A stretch of DNA of 62,575 nt, filler included, from Aduncisulcus paluster (Eukaryota): the NCBI GenBank assembly GCA_024181965.1. It is 7 parts of 7 records of this genome, joined end to end, with 100 filler letters (N's around TTAATTAATTAA, not from the genome) between each part and the next. Parts side by side here need not be neighbours in the genome. Positions count along the whole stretch, not along the records: positions 1 to 16,161 come from BQXS01010016.1; 6 more parts are not named here. One strand, given 5' to 3'. The translations under genes and the position numbers were made by a program. Numbering within the stretch: position 1 is the first letter of the stretch; every line of letters starts with the position of its first letter. Below are positions 1 to 11,416 of this stretch, in pieces. The notes under the pieces were generated by a model. It did not search any database. It was not told where the DNA came from and saw only the letters and a program-made list of their open reading frames with translations.

Positions 1-1
1 C

Positions 2-1522
2 TTAGCTCCAATGGAATACACTCAAGTTATGGGCCAAGAGAGTGAAAGTATTGTTCCATTCTTCTACTCTCCTACTTTGGGTGCTCTCATTCAAGGGTTA
101 AGTCGTGCAATGGTTCATTCCACTCCAATTGACTCCTCTTCGAATAACATCTCACTTCATCCACTGATTCCTTTGTTGAAGAGTATCCCTCAGTTATCTG
201 TTGCTCTTAATAAGAATCTCAAGAATTGGATTGAAGAAGAACTTCGCCAAGAAAGGGAAAACCAGCAGCAAAGAGCAGAACAAACTGATACCCGAGGAAA
301 TAGAGCAAAGGGAAAGAAACAAGAAAAGACATTGTCCTCCGTTATGGCTCTATTGAAAATTGGTATCCTCAAAAAATTGCCAGAAGTTGAACCTGCTCCC
401 GAACCCAAATTGTTGAAGAGATCTGTTCGAGATATGATCAATGCCACTGCTGAACCTGCCACTCCACTTCAGCCTGAGATTGAGGGTATTGAATTTTCAG
501 TTGCTCCCTTGAATAGAAGACGTCTTGTTCTTGAGTTAATGAGTCTTATTGAGAAAGAAATTGTTAGTATCAAGGTTATGGGTCGTTTGATGTCAAATAC
601 AGCTCTCAGTGTCTTGCACAGTCTTCGAATTGGTGGAACTCACCCCCATTTCTTTGATTATTGTCTTTGTCTTGCTGGAGGTGTATTTCCCACAATTATC
701 CCTTCAAATCGGTCCGGACTTGTTCATCAAATTGTCAGTTATCTTCCTGAACGATGTGACTTAATGCTTGGATGCCATGCTCTGATTGATGGTATCTTGA
801 ATGATGTGCTTCTTATTCCACCCGTTGAATCTCTGACGATAGGGGATGGTAGTGTTGTTGAGAGTGAAAGTATAATGCGGATGATATTCTGCCTTCAAGC
901 CCCAAGGAATGCTATGGGATCTATTCGATACAGTATGACTGGCAGGTCTCAATACTTCTTCCCAATGCCATATGTGTCTTATAATTCTCCTCGGCCACAA
1001 TCTTCAATATCAACCTCTGATGCCGTTGTTTCTATTCCCAAGGCACCCGTATTTGTTTCCCATATTTCAGGGTCTTATGGCCTCGGAGGGAAAGTCATGA
1101 GCCTTAGCGATCAGTTCTTCAGAATTCGTGCCAATAAGGTTGTTGAAAGACCTTCAAAGAGTCACATATCTTTCTTGGATGTTGCTGACATTGTGAGTAG
1201 TCAGGGTGATCACAATATTGTTCCCCATTTCCTCAGTATTACAAGTGATGCTACCACAATTTTCTCATGTCCCAAAATAGATATGAAACGTTCTGCTAAG
1301 ATGGTTGCTGTAGGGTTAGGATTGATGTTTGGTGCAATGGCTGCTCGCCACACTCAAGAATATGTTGACAAGGTGAAGAAAAACATTTCTTTATTTGAAG
1401 ATAATAGTTCTGGGGATAAAAGATACGAATCAATCGATATTTATGAATTAGAAAAGGCACAGGCATCAGTTGGAATGATTTCACTTGTTTCACAATCCTC
1501 AATGGGGAATGATTGGCTATGA
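2..1522 (+). CDS. Hypothetical protein, probably 5'-partial (frame open to window start)
   Basis: 503-aa ORF from ATG 11, with TTA GCT CCA open upstream. Contains a charged/coiled segment; no family confidently recognised. Confidence 0.7.
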   Translation, partial: LAPMEYTQVMGQESESIVPFFYSPTLGALIQGLSRAMVHSTPIDSSSNNISLHPLIPLLKSIPQLSVALNKNLKNWIEEELRQERENQQQRAEQTDTRGNRAKGKKQEKTLSSVMALLKIGILKKLPEVEPAPEPKLLKRSVRDMINATAEPATPLQPEIEGIEFSVAPLNRRRLVLELMSLIEKEIVSIKVMGRLMSNTALSVLHSLRIGGTHPHFFDYCLCLAGGVFPTIIPSNRSGLVHQIVSYLPERCDLMLGCHALIDGILNDVLLIPPVESLTIGDGSVVESESIMRMIFCLQAPRNAMGSIRYSMTGRSQYFFPMPYVSYNSPRPQSSISTSDAVVSIPKAPVFVSHISGSYGLGGKVMSLSDQFFRIRANKVVERPSKSHISFLDVADIVSSQGDHNIVPHFLSITSDATTIFSCPKIDMKRSAKMVAVGLGLMFGAMAARHTQEYVDKVKKNISLFEDNSSGDKRYESIDIYELEKAQASVGMISLVSQSSMGNDWL

Positions 1523-1763
1523 GATTGTTCAACCTAATTCAGCGAATCCTTCCGCCTATGATCAAGGGCCCTATGAAAATAGAAATTTAACATTTGAGTT
1601 AAATCCGTTAAAAAATAGTAAAGTCTAAATTTGTTTTTCAAAAAGTTAAAAATATAAAAGATCTAACAAATTAACCTAATGATCTATGCAACTTGCATAT
1701 ATGCAAGTTATTATCCAAATATCTTGAGAGATATGATACCAGAGTAATTAATTAATTTGAAAA

Positions 1764-4700
1764 TTAAAAATAGATATGTGAGAATGTTTTAAAAAATACA
1801 TATAAACCAACAATGACCAACACTATAATGGCCAAGGTGATATCATTACCGGTTGAAACCGAGCTCAAATCAATAGACGCAGACGACAAAATACTAATCG
1901 GATTGATTACTTCAGCGGTTGATTTGTTCCAAAGATGAGAAATAGCACTCAGAGAATATTGCGACTCCGTGGCAAATTCATATGTTTCAGAAACTCCACA
2001 AATTGAGCCCGTTTCCACCACACAAGTATCAACAGAGAAATAATCAATATCATCGCCATCAACATGGCATACGACAATGTTTGATGAAACAAAGAATAAA
2101 CAGACAATACTCTCGTCGTCAGAAGAATCAGATGATAAACACTGAGTCGGTAAGCTATCTGAAACAATATATGGGAACGAAACGACTTCTCCGTCAATTG
2201 ACGCCGACACAGAGTCTGGCATTGAATTAATATCAACGGAAATATGAGTTTCAAACCCATTAATAGAAGAACGAATGTTAATGATACCGGCATCAAGCAA
2301 GAACAAACTTACAAGTGGGTCAATCTCAGTAATTGAAATACTATCGGTTGCACCCAACCCATATTGTTCAACAGTCATCCTACTCTTCGATCCGTTTGAA
2401 AAGATTACATCTCCTTGGAGGTTAAAAAACACACAATAGGAATCACCCTCTGAACCACATGAAGTCATATTAAAAAGGTCGGTAATAGTTGCATTGACAA
2501 TAGACAAGAGGGAGAATCCAACTACAACCCCATCAATATAGACAGGCATGGTGATAGGTGTGACCAGAGCTCCTGTAGGAAGTGTGATGAATGGAGGCAG
2601 GAAGAATCCATTGACATCATATATACCATAATAATTGTCATCAATTGAAGGGGCACCGGTCGACAGAGAACGTTGGATGGCCTGGAATCGGGTGTGAGTA
2701 TACCATTGTCGAACATTATAGGTATAATCAAAGTTTAATGGACCATTTGGGAATACTAGGCAGATATTATTAACAAAACAAATTGACACTTCCAAAACAG
2801 CATAACGCATGGGCTTGCTATCTCTCAATGTATAATTTAGAAATGGAGCTGACATCATAGCAAGAAGGGCAACAGAATGTTCATATTCTTCAGTGTAAAA
2901 AATAGCATCTGGATCATCTTCTGATGGATAATCAGAAGAAAAGAAGTCAGATATACTGATAACACTTTCTTTCGTGATTTGATCGATCGAAGTAATATGC
3001 ATTGGGCCATCTCCCAAGAGTTCAGGAGATTGGAAGAACATAGGATAATTGATAATTTCCAAACCAATAGAGAGAGGCAAATAAGTCTGTTGACTGTCCT
3101 CCACCCCAACTAAAGTTCCATCGTCATCCACCAGAACAAGACCAAGGGCTTCCTGATCCTCGGTTGACAAATGGTCGAAATGGGCGTACATGGCACCTCC
3201 ATAACATGGTTCAAGTGTTTCAAAAGCATCGATATCTGGGGTATATAGATTGCTATATGAATAATCAACCCAATCGTCACATTTTGGAGGAACAGTGAAC
3301 CCAGGAGTTAATCTATTCATGTCACTTTGTGCAAACGAGAAAATAAAAACAGAGCCATTTGTGGAGGTTATCCAAGCGATTTGTGTTTGTACAATTCCAT
3401 ATGTCTCAGATCCAGAAATGAACCGTTCAGTACGGACAACAACTTGACCTCTCGGAACACCATTGTCAAGATTCTTTAGCACGTAAGATGAGAAATCCAG
3501 ATCATCTCCATTGGAATCGGTTCCAACAAGCTTCTCTACTTGATCAATCTTCTCATTGACAGGGAGTAACCTTGTGGAGGTATAACCAGGATGGGAGAGG
3601 AGTTCGAGGGTAAAAGGTTCAAACCACATAACGTAGGAAACAGAAGGAGTCAGTTGTGAGCCATTATCGAAAGAATAAAGCATTTGTTCAAACGAAATCG
3701 AGTTCAAATGAATAGTTACATATCCTTGAATTCTCAAGGCTGAAGAATCGAGTGTTGAAATGAACGAACTATTTCCCCTTCCAATCGTAACAAAAGTAGA
3801 ATCGTCCTCGGATTTTGAAACAATTGGAAGCGAAAGATTGATTGAATTATTTCCAAGAATGTCAAAACCAGCAGAAATATCTGGGAAAATATTATCAATG
3901 ACGCATTGAAAGAGCGCATCAGTTGTTTCTATATTTGGACCATCACAAAAGTAGAGTTCAACAGCTGCGAGAAGGAGAGAAGAGGAAAGGGGGGAAATAT
4001 TCGAGTTAACAAAGGAAGAGATAGGCGGAAGATGATATATCGAGAGCGCTGTGAATGCGGCCATAGATGTCAAAGAAGGGACGAATGAAGTGGAAGAAGA
4101 AGAAGAATTCTCGTTGAATGGAANNNNNNNNNNNNNNNNNNNNCCCCTTCCAATCGTAACAAAAGTAGAATCGTCCTCGGATTTTGAAACAATTGGAAGC
4201 GAAAGATTGATTGAATTATTTCCAAGAATGTCAAAACCAGCAGAAATATCTGGGAAAATATTATCAATGACGCATTGAAAGAGCGCATCAGTTGTTTCTA
4301 TATTTGGACCATCACAAAAGTAGAGTTCAACAGCTGCGAGAAGGAGAGAAGAGGAAAGGGGGGAAATATTCGAGTTAACAAAGGAAGAGATAGTCGGAAG
4401 ATGATATATCGAGAGCGCTGTGAATGCGGCCATAGATGTCAAAGAAGGGACGAATGAAGTGGAAGAAGAAGAATTCTCGTTGAATGGAAAGTCTGTGGAC
4501 AAATGCTGGATCATAGCATACTCGTTTTGATAAGAGTCCATTCGTTCAGCAACCAATTCTTTCCACACGATTGGATTGTTGTACCACCCCTTTATCCTTT
4601 TAATATCTTTATCAATGCGCCACACAACATCCACATTATCGTACATCATAACAATTTTCGCATTCGTAAGCTTGGATATATTCGAATTCGTTGCATCTCT

Positions 4701-6610
4701 TCCGTTTTGTGAGGAAACGACCATGTCCTCACAAACTGAAGAACACCCATCGGTTTCAACATTAACAAGGGAACAGATGCCACACAACGAGTTCATTCGA
4801 TCCCATGCATTCATACGAGTGAAAAACATCGTGACTGGGGCACTCGAGAAAGAGGAAGAGAGATGGCGAACAAAGAAAGAATAGTAAGGGTGAATAACTG
4901 ATCCAAGAGAGACGACATGCAGAATAAGAGGACTTCCAACAGGTAGTGGACGAGTATATCCAAGCTCAGATTGAGTTCTTGACATTCCATAGATATTATT
5001 GTGCTTCTCAGTGATTACGTCCTTCAATGACACAGTCGGATCAATGGCAGATCGTAACATTGTGAAACCAGACTCAGTTAAAGAGAATATTGGATCATTT
5101 TTGGACGCATATGAATGAGTAGAATCTAAAGAGACATCCTGGGAGGAATCAGAAATGATATCACTCGTTAATGACTGGAAATATTCAATAATCTGCGAAG
5201 AAAGCACATCACGTACCACAACTGAAGCCTTGGTTAATCCTCCAATCTCAGAGGAATCGTCAAGATCAAGATCTTCCTCTAGATCACTTCCAGTATAACA
5301 TAAATGCCCATGCCAGAGTCCATCAGAACTTATAATGGCCACATAGTCGGTGGAAGAAGAAAGAGAATGGAGAATACCAACGATTTCACTCGCCATTGAA
5401 GATAAAAAGAAAGGATTGAGAGCACTAGACATGATTCCTCTCATACTTTCGTCCAGACTAGTGTCAATGGCAATNNNNNNNNNNNNNNNNNNNNCTGGAA
5501 ATATTCAATAATCTGCGAAGAAAGCACATCACGTACCACAACTGAAGCCTTGGTTAATCCTCCAATCTCAGAGGAATCGTCAAGATCAAGATCTTCCTCT
5601 AGATCACTTCCAGTATAACATAAATGCCCATGCCAGAGTCCATCAGAACTTATAATGGCCACATAGTCGGTGGAAGAAGAAAGAGAATGGAGAATACCAA
5701 CGATTTCACTCGCCATTGAAGATAAAAAGAAAGGATTGAGAGCACTAGACATGATTCCTCTCATACTTTCGTCCAGACTAGTGTCAATGGCAATCACAAC
5801 ACCACGACGCATCCCGAATAGCATTGTGGTTGCATGGGATGGATTGGTTAGGGCAGAATGCTCAGCTCGGAAACGAAGAGAAGATGTTGTAATAGATGGA
5901 TCTGAGATGTATACGGCAGGATATGACAATTGAGAACCATTAATAGATGTAAAAGAAACAAATGACGGTAAACTTTCGATATCAGATAGAGAAAATTTAT
6001 CAACGCCATGTGACTGAATTCCAGTCCACTCCAATCCTTCTCGATACTCTTCTTCGAGCTCATCTGAATCTTTAAACATTCTTAGAACACTTTCATCGAA
6101 TCTAGAATGTTTTTTTGTGCTTGAGGAATACAATTTAGACATGCTATCAAGACTTAATTGGTATTGATCATCATCAACTTGATATTTTGCATATTCTGAG
6201 GTATCAAACAGTTTCGTCGCCGGAATAGGTTCTTGAGAATCAAGAAAAACATTATCCAACTGTGATTGAGAAAACCATTGGTCTCGAGAAGTGATTAGAT
6301 CGAATAATTTTGAAGACGTCTCTGACATATCAAATAAGGATTCAAGGATCAAAGAAATATTTTCATCAAAACTTGATGAATAATATTCTATTATTGAATC
6401 AATAATATCATCATCAGATGCGGTAACGGACAAATCGTTCAGAAGGATAGAATATTTATCCATTGGACTCGCTTGATAACTAATAGTCTTAAGACTTTGG
6501 ATGACATCAACGATCTCATCTAGAACAACTTCTGTAGTCTCATAACAATGGACGGAACAAAAATTGAAAAAAACGCAAAGAAGAAGAAATAAAAAAAGAA
6601 ATGTTATCAT
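1764..6610 (-). CDS. alpha2delta/CACHD1-like type I membrane protein (signal peptide, VWA-like and dCache domains, C-terminal TM); one gene split by two overlap-duplicated gaps
   Basis: ORFs 5441-6610 and 1764-5444 join once the duplicates around gaps 5475-5494 and 4124-4143 are collapsed (~1385 aa). N-terminal signal MITFLFLFLLLCVFF; VWA-like VVIAIDTSLDESM; Cache motif FPNG..YTYNVRQWY...PPFITLPTGALVTPITMPVYIDGVVVG; C-terminal TM ITLAIIVLVIVGLYVFF. Confidence 0.65.
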
Positions 6611-6916
6611 ATTTCTAATTTTTCACCGGAATTAAACACGGTAAAGTGGAAATAAGTTGTATTAAAGTAATACCAGAGAAAAAAGGAACCCTTTTCACTC
6701 ACGAAATGAATGAGCAACCAAACAATAATTCGAGCATCAAAAAACACCCAAATACTATAAATTAAACAAAATATTCTGTATATATATTGATATATCATGC
6801 GGATCCGCTTAGATGAAAAATTCCGAAAAATCAAAAAGAATATGAAATTTTAATGTAAATAAATATATTATACACTTTTATTTCTATTTATAACAACTTT
6901 CAAGTCTTCATCGGGT

Positions 6917-8392
6917 TCATTCAGAAGCAGACTGTAACGCATCTATATCCGATTTCACACCATCAATATCAGATTGGATAGAAGTGACATCAGATTTAAT
7001 ATTTCCTATATCAGATTTTACCCCGTTAATCTCAGATTTCACACCATCAACATCAGATTGGATAGAAGAAACATTTCCACAGCTATCTTTAAGATCAGAG
7101 ACATCAGATTGAATTACAGATACTGAAGATGAAATGGAGTCCATCTTGTTCTTAATTCCAGCAATCTCAACATTCTTCACTTCCGAAATGCTTGATTCAA
7201 GCTCGGAGTTCTTGTTTGAACAATTTGAAATAAGACCACGTAATTCGGAACTAGACTTATCAAGGGCTTTGGAACTCTCAGAGCTAACAGAATCAATAGA
7301 TGCGTTGATCTCGGTAAGAGCACCAGACATCTTATCATCAATAATACCTTGGATCTCAGTCTTGATCGATGATAGGCCATCGTTGTGTGAATTGGTCATA
7401 GAATCTTCCAATGACTCGATTTCGGCAGTCAAATCTCTCTTCAAATCGGAAACAGAGGTGGTTATTGTTGAATCGGCGGCGGTCATGTCCGTTCTCAAGG
7501 TTGAAATGGACCCAAATATTTCAGAGCGAGAATTCTTCATTTTGTCTTCAAGACGAGAAATTTCACCGGAAATCTCAGTCTTGACGGAAGAAATTTCATC
7601 ATTATGAGAATTAGTTACGGAATTCTCCAATGATTTAATTTCAGCTGTCAATTCGGTCTTCAAGTTTGTAACAGAAGTAGATAACTTAGAATCACCGTTG
7701 ATCATGTCAGTTGAAAGAGAGGATATGTCTGATTTGAGTGAAGTGTCGAGATTAGTAAGTTTGGCGGAAATAGCAGAGTCTGAATCGTCAACGTATGATC
7801 TAAGCGAATTAATTTCGGTTGAAATTGTATCGGTAATAGAAGTCTTGAGGTTTGAAGTGACATCTGAAAGATTTTGACGGATATCAATAAGCTCGGCTTT
7901 GACAGCAGCATCAACCTCTTTCAAAGAATTGGTCAATGATGATTTTAAATTATTTCTTGCAGTTTCACTCAAACTATGTTCATTAGCTAACATTGTCTCG
8001 AATTTTGTGACTACATCATCCAATTTATCAGACAAATTGGAAATACGTGTATTGAGTGCATCAACTTGTTTTTGATTGTTCTTTGTTTCTTTTTCATAGG
8101 AAGCCTGGAGATTATCAATGCTGTTATTATATTGATCGAGCTTGTCAACGACATTGGATTTGAATTCACTCTCAGAGGAACGGAAATAATCATACAAAAC
8201 TTTCAATTCTTGATAAGTATCTGTTTGGACCATTCTTTGTTCACTTGACTGCTCAACAACTAACAAACCAATAATACCAATGGCACCAGCGAAAAGTAGT
8301 GAAAGACAAATGACAAGGAATGATGCACATTTTCCGAGACTCTCACTTGATTTGGGAGCTGGAGGCGGTGAATTAGTCTTTTCTGTTGACAT
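6917..8392 (-). CDS. Type II single-pass membrane protein with long coiled-coil ectodomain
   Basis: 491 aa; TM FLVICLSLLFAGAIGIIGLLVV near the N-terminus, then heptads to the end; internal repeat LKxxLTAEIxSLExSxTNSHND x2; terminal (S/G)(I/V)(Q/K)SD(V/I) heptads. Confidence 0.8.
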   Translation of the reverse strand: MSTEKTNSPPPAPKSSESLGKCASFLVICLSLLFAGAIGIIGLLVVEQSSEQRMVQTDTYQELKVLYDYFRSSESEFKSNVVDKLDQYNNSIDNLQASYEKETKNNQKQVDALNTRISNLSDKLDDVVTKFETMLANEHSLSETARNNLKSSLTNSLKEVDAAVKAELIDIRQNLSDVTSNLKTSITDTISTEINSLRSYVDDSDSAISAKLTNLDTSLKSDISSLSTDMINGDSKLSTSVTNLKTELTAEIKSLENSVTNSHNDEISSVKTEISGEISRLEDKMKNSRSEIFGSISTLRTDMTAADSTITTSVSDLKRDLTAEIESLEDSMTNSHNDGLSSIKTEIQGIIDDKMSGALTEINASIDSVSSESSKALDKSSSELRGLISNCSNKNSELESSISEVKNVEIAGIKNKMDSISSSVSVIQSDVSDLKDSCGNVSSIQSDVDGVKSEINGVKSDIGNIKSDVTSIQSDIDGVKSDIDALQSASE

Positions 8393-8784
8393 GATAAGGG
8401 TGTATCCAACAAAAAACTCACCTTTTTGTGAAAATAAAAATCTGATGTGAATCCTCCCGTAAATTGAGATTCATTCGAGTGTTTATGGCCTATGTTGCTT
8501 TAATCTTCCTTTCTATTTCTGTAACTGTAATTTTTACATTCCTGAAGCGCCACTTCAGTCGAATGTTTTGAAACATGACTTATTTTTTAATGATTATTTA
8601 ATAAAAAAAGAGGTCAGTAAAATTCTTTTTTGATGGTTCCAATTTTCTACTGGCAATGCCATTGTTCAGTGATATATTGGCACAGTTAGTTTTTTCGGTA
8701 ATTCTCGGCCAGAACCGCCGGCGATTATTGGGCAAGCCCTCGATCGGGATCATTCTTCTTATTGTTTTGTGCTTGTGTTTTTAG

Positions 8785-10663
8785 ATGGTCCCGATTAATG
8801 GTATATTGGTTTTGTTCTTTTTTGTGTTTTCTCTTTTTACCTTCACGTACTCAACAATTGCCGATATTCCTGATGATAATTTACGCGTCTTTCTCTGTGC
8901 CCAGCTTGATGAGCCAACTGATTGCCAACCTGAAATTGAGCAATTAAATTCGTTTAAAAATGATCAACTTGTGGTGGTTTTTTTTTCATGGAAAACTTGG
9001 ATATTGTGAATCTGGAAGGCATTCAATATGTCACCCATTTGACACACATTTTCCTTAATGGCAACCCTCTTGAGAGTTTAGAGCCATTAGCTAGTTCATC
9101 ATTTCGAAATTTATATGACATCGGGTTTGGTTCCACAGAATCTGCATTTGATCTTTCTCCACTTGTCTCGAAATCAAACGGGTTTAATCTCTTTATCACC
9201 GGTCCCATTCCTAATGTGGACCTATCTGCTATTCCTGATCTTTATCCCGATATTAGTATGAGTTCAAACGGTTTGCTTCTAAAGGATTTAGATGATTTTG
9301 ATTTTTCGCTTATTAATGGTCTTTCGTTTGGGACTATTGAATTCGATAATATGGATGTTAATAATCAAACGGCTATTGATTCAATTCATAGCTTGACAAC
9401 GGTTATACTCTCATTCTCTAATCTGAAGATTGATGCAGAAATTCCTCTGCCAAAATACATGGAAGATCCTGATTTACATTTGGAACTCACCAATGTTGAC
9501 ATTGCTGATCTTTCTTCCATAACTGATACCTATTTTTATTCTCTGTCACTCAGTTGCACAAATGATTCTTGTCCTATGTCATATGGCGATATCAAGTACT
9601 TTCCGAGCAGATCAAGTGCATATGTTGCCCGTGGGATTGAATATCCAACTTTGGTTAAAGATTTATCAGATCTTTGTGGAGACCAACTGACTATGCTCGA
9701 TCTAACTGATGTCAATTGTGATATTGAGAATTTAACGCCTGAATTATTCCCAAAGTTGACCGGTTACAGTCTAAATAATATCTTTGAATCATATTATAAC
9801 CTTGAGATTATACAATTCCAAGCATTGAAAATGATATATCCCATCTTGGTTTGGTCAATGTTGGACTTACAAACGTTGATTTTGGGAAGGCTTCTTTTTC
9901 TCCAATATCAAAGGTGCTTTTGGATAAAAATCCAATCAAAAATTTAGATTTTCTTTCTGATTCCACTGCTACTGATGCAATTTTGAGAGTTTCTTTGACT
10001 GACTGTGGTCTTTCAGATGTTTCTTTTGGTGATTCTTTCTTTACAAACAATTATAATTTCGTTTCACTTGAAATGAACGAATTATCTGATGTTTGGGCCC
10101 TTGGTTCAAGTCTTTTGACTTCGAACCAAATTTCCTTGGGTTATAATTATTTTGACTTCCAAGAGGGTACTGATGCTGTGCTGAAAGCCTTAAACAGTCA
10201 GTTTCCCAATGCTTCATTTGATGTTACGAATCAACGTGCCTGCCCATGTTCATCTCTTCCAAGCCTCTCAGCAGGGGAGATTTGCTGGCAGTATAAACCT
10301 GGACAATGGACACTTGATTGTTCTCTTGGGTGTTTTACTGACAAATCAACCAATCAATGCGTGTGTAATAGTGCGGTGTCGAATGATGTATGCATTCAGT
10401 GTCGTGCAAATGGTAAGCGTTGTGTATCGAAGAATTCTTCTGCTTATAATGTATCATGTGAAGCTATTTCTGGCCTCTCCACGGGAATCATTATTGCCAT
10501 TGTGATTGGTTCAATTGTGGTTATCGGTGGAATTGTGACTGGTATTGTATTCTATGTAAAATCTAAGAAGAAACATGAGGAACTTCGAGATGAATCAAAA
10601 AAATCAATTCGCCATGAAATTCAAGATCTTGAATCCACACCTTTAATTCATAGTGATGAATAA
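8785..10663 (+). CDS. Internalin-like LRR / Cys-rich type I surface protein, interrupted by two frameshifts (pseudogene or sequence errors)
   Basis: Signal peptide plus IPDDNLRVFLC cap (8785-), LRRs (LEGIQYVTHLTHIFLNGNPLESLEPL), Cys-rich region and TM GLSTGIIIAIVIGSIVVIGGIVTGIVFYV-KSKKK. Three overlapping ORFs join if one base is added at T9 8978-8986 and one at ~9804-9806. Confidence 0.7.
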
Positions 10664-10946
10664 AGAGGAAAATAAATCAAATAGTAGTACAGTATAGTAT
10701 CTACTGTCTAAGAAGATTGTACTATCAGAGTTCTGATACACAAAATATGACGAAAGGAGATTTAAATAGTTATTTAAAATCAGTTTTTTTAAAAACCGGA
10801 TATCGAGGATATCCAACATATTCCCTTGTATTTACAAACCACATCAAGCTGTACATGTTGTTCATGAACAATAAGAAATAAAAATAGATTTAAAACCAAA
10901 ATTAGAATAAAACCAAAATTGACCCAATTTCAAAAAAACAGGAAAA

Positions 10947-11185
10947 TCAACCAATGAAAACGAGGGATTCGATTCCAAAATACTCTTTCTCTAAATGTCC
11001 AGCATGATACTCTCCTTTCATCATCTTTTGTGCGTCAGAACTTTGATCGTATTTTTCATCATCTTCTTCCTTAGTTCCATCTATTGCTTTGATAGTCGGA
11101 AATGCTGCACTCTTAATATCTTAATGTTACGGGTATCTCCTTTCCAGGAATTGGACAGGAATCCTCATTTCCTTAAAGTTCACAA
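10947..11185 (-). pseudogene. Internally deleted fragment of a PIPRD-family gene
   Basis: Minus strand reads IKSAAFPTIKAIDGTKEEDDEKYDQSSDAQKMMKGEYHAGH/LEKEYFGIESLVFIG*, closely paralogous to the start and end of domain 1 of 11417-12595; 5' part frameshifted. Confidence 0.7.
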
Positions 11186-11416
11186 ACCAACAATGTACCC
11201 AAAAGCATAGAAACAACATTCTGATGAGTGTTACATATTCAGCATCACATTGGGCAAGCATTTCCATCACCTTTGGAGCAATAGCAGTGAGTTATTTTAA
11301 GAGATATAGAAAATTGAACAAAGTCCCCCACTCTACGCAATCTGAGAAATGGCATCGAAATGCAGGATCTCCTTCATGAAAGAATAGCATTTACAGACAA
11401 TATCATTATCCTTGAA

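Noticed and set aside
740-800. eIF2B-like motif (DLMLGCHALIDG) in the first ORF
   Set aside because: Flanking eIF2B motifs (e.g. ESRP, NKxGT) are absent; too weak to assign.
1690-1709. 20-bp perfect palindrome AACTTGCATATATGCAAGTT between convergent genes
   Set aside because: Isolated and AT-rich with no second copy in the window; no function can be supported.
5175-5794. Apparent internal tandem duplications or split genes at 20-N gaps (also 20415, 31678, 39559, 55299, 57364)
   Set aside because: Each is a near-exact overlap on both sides of a fixed-length gap, i.e. a scaffolding artefact.
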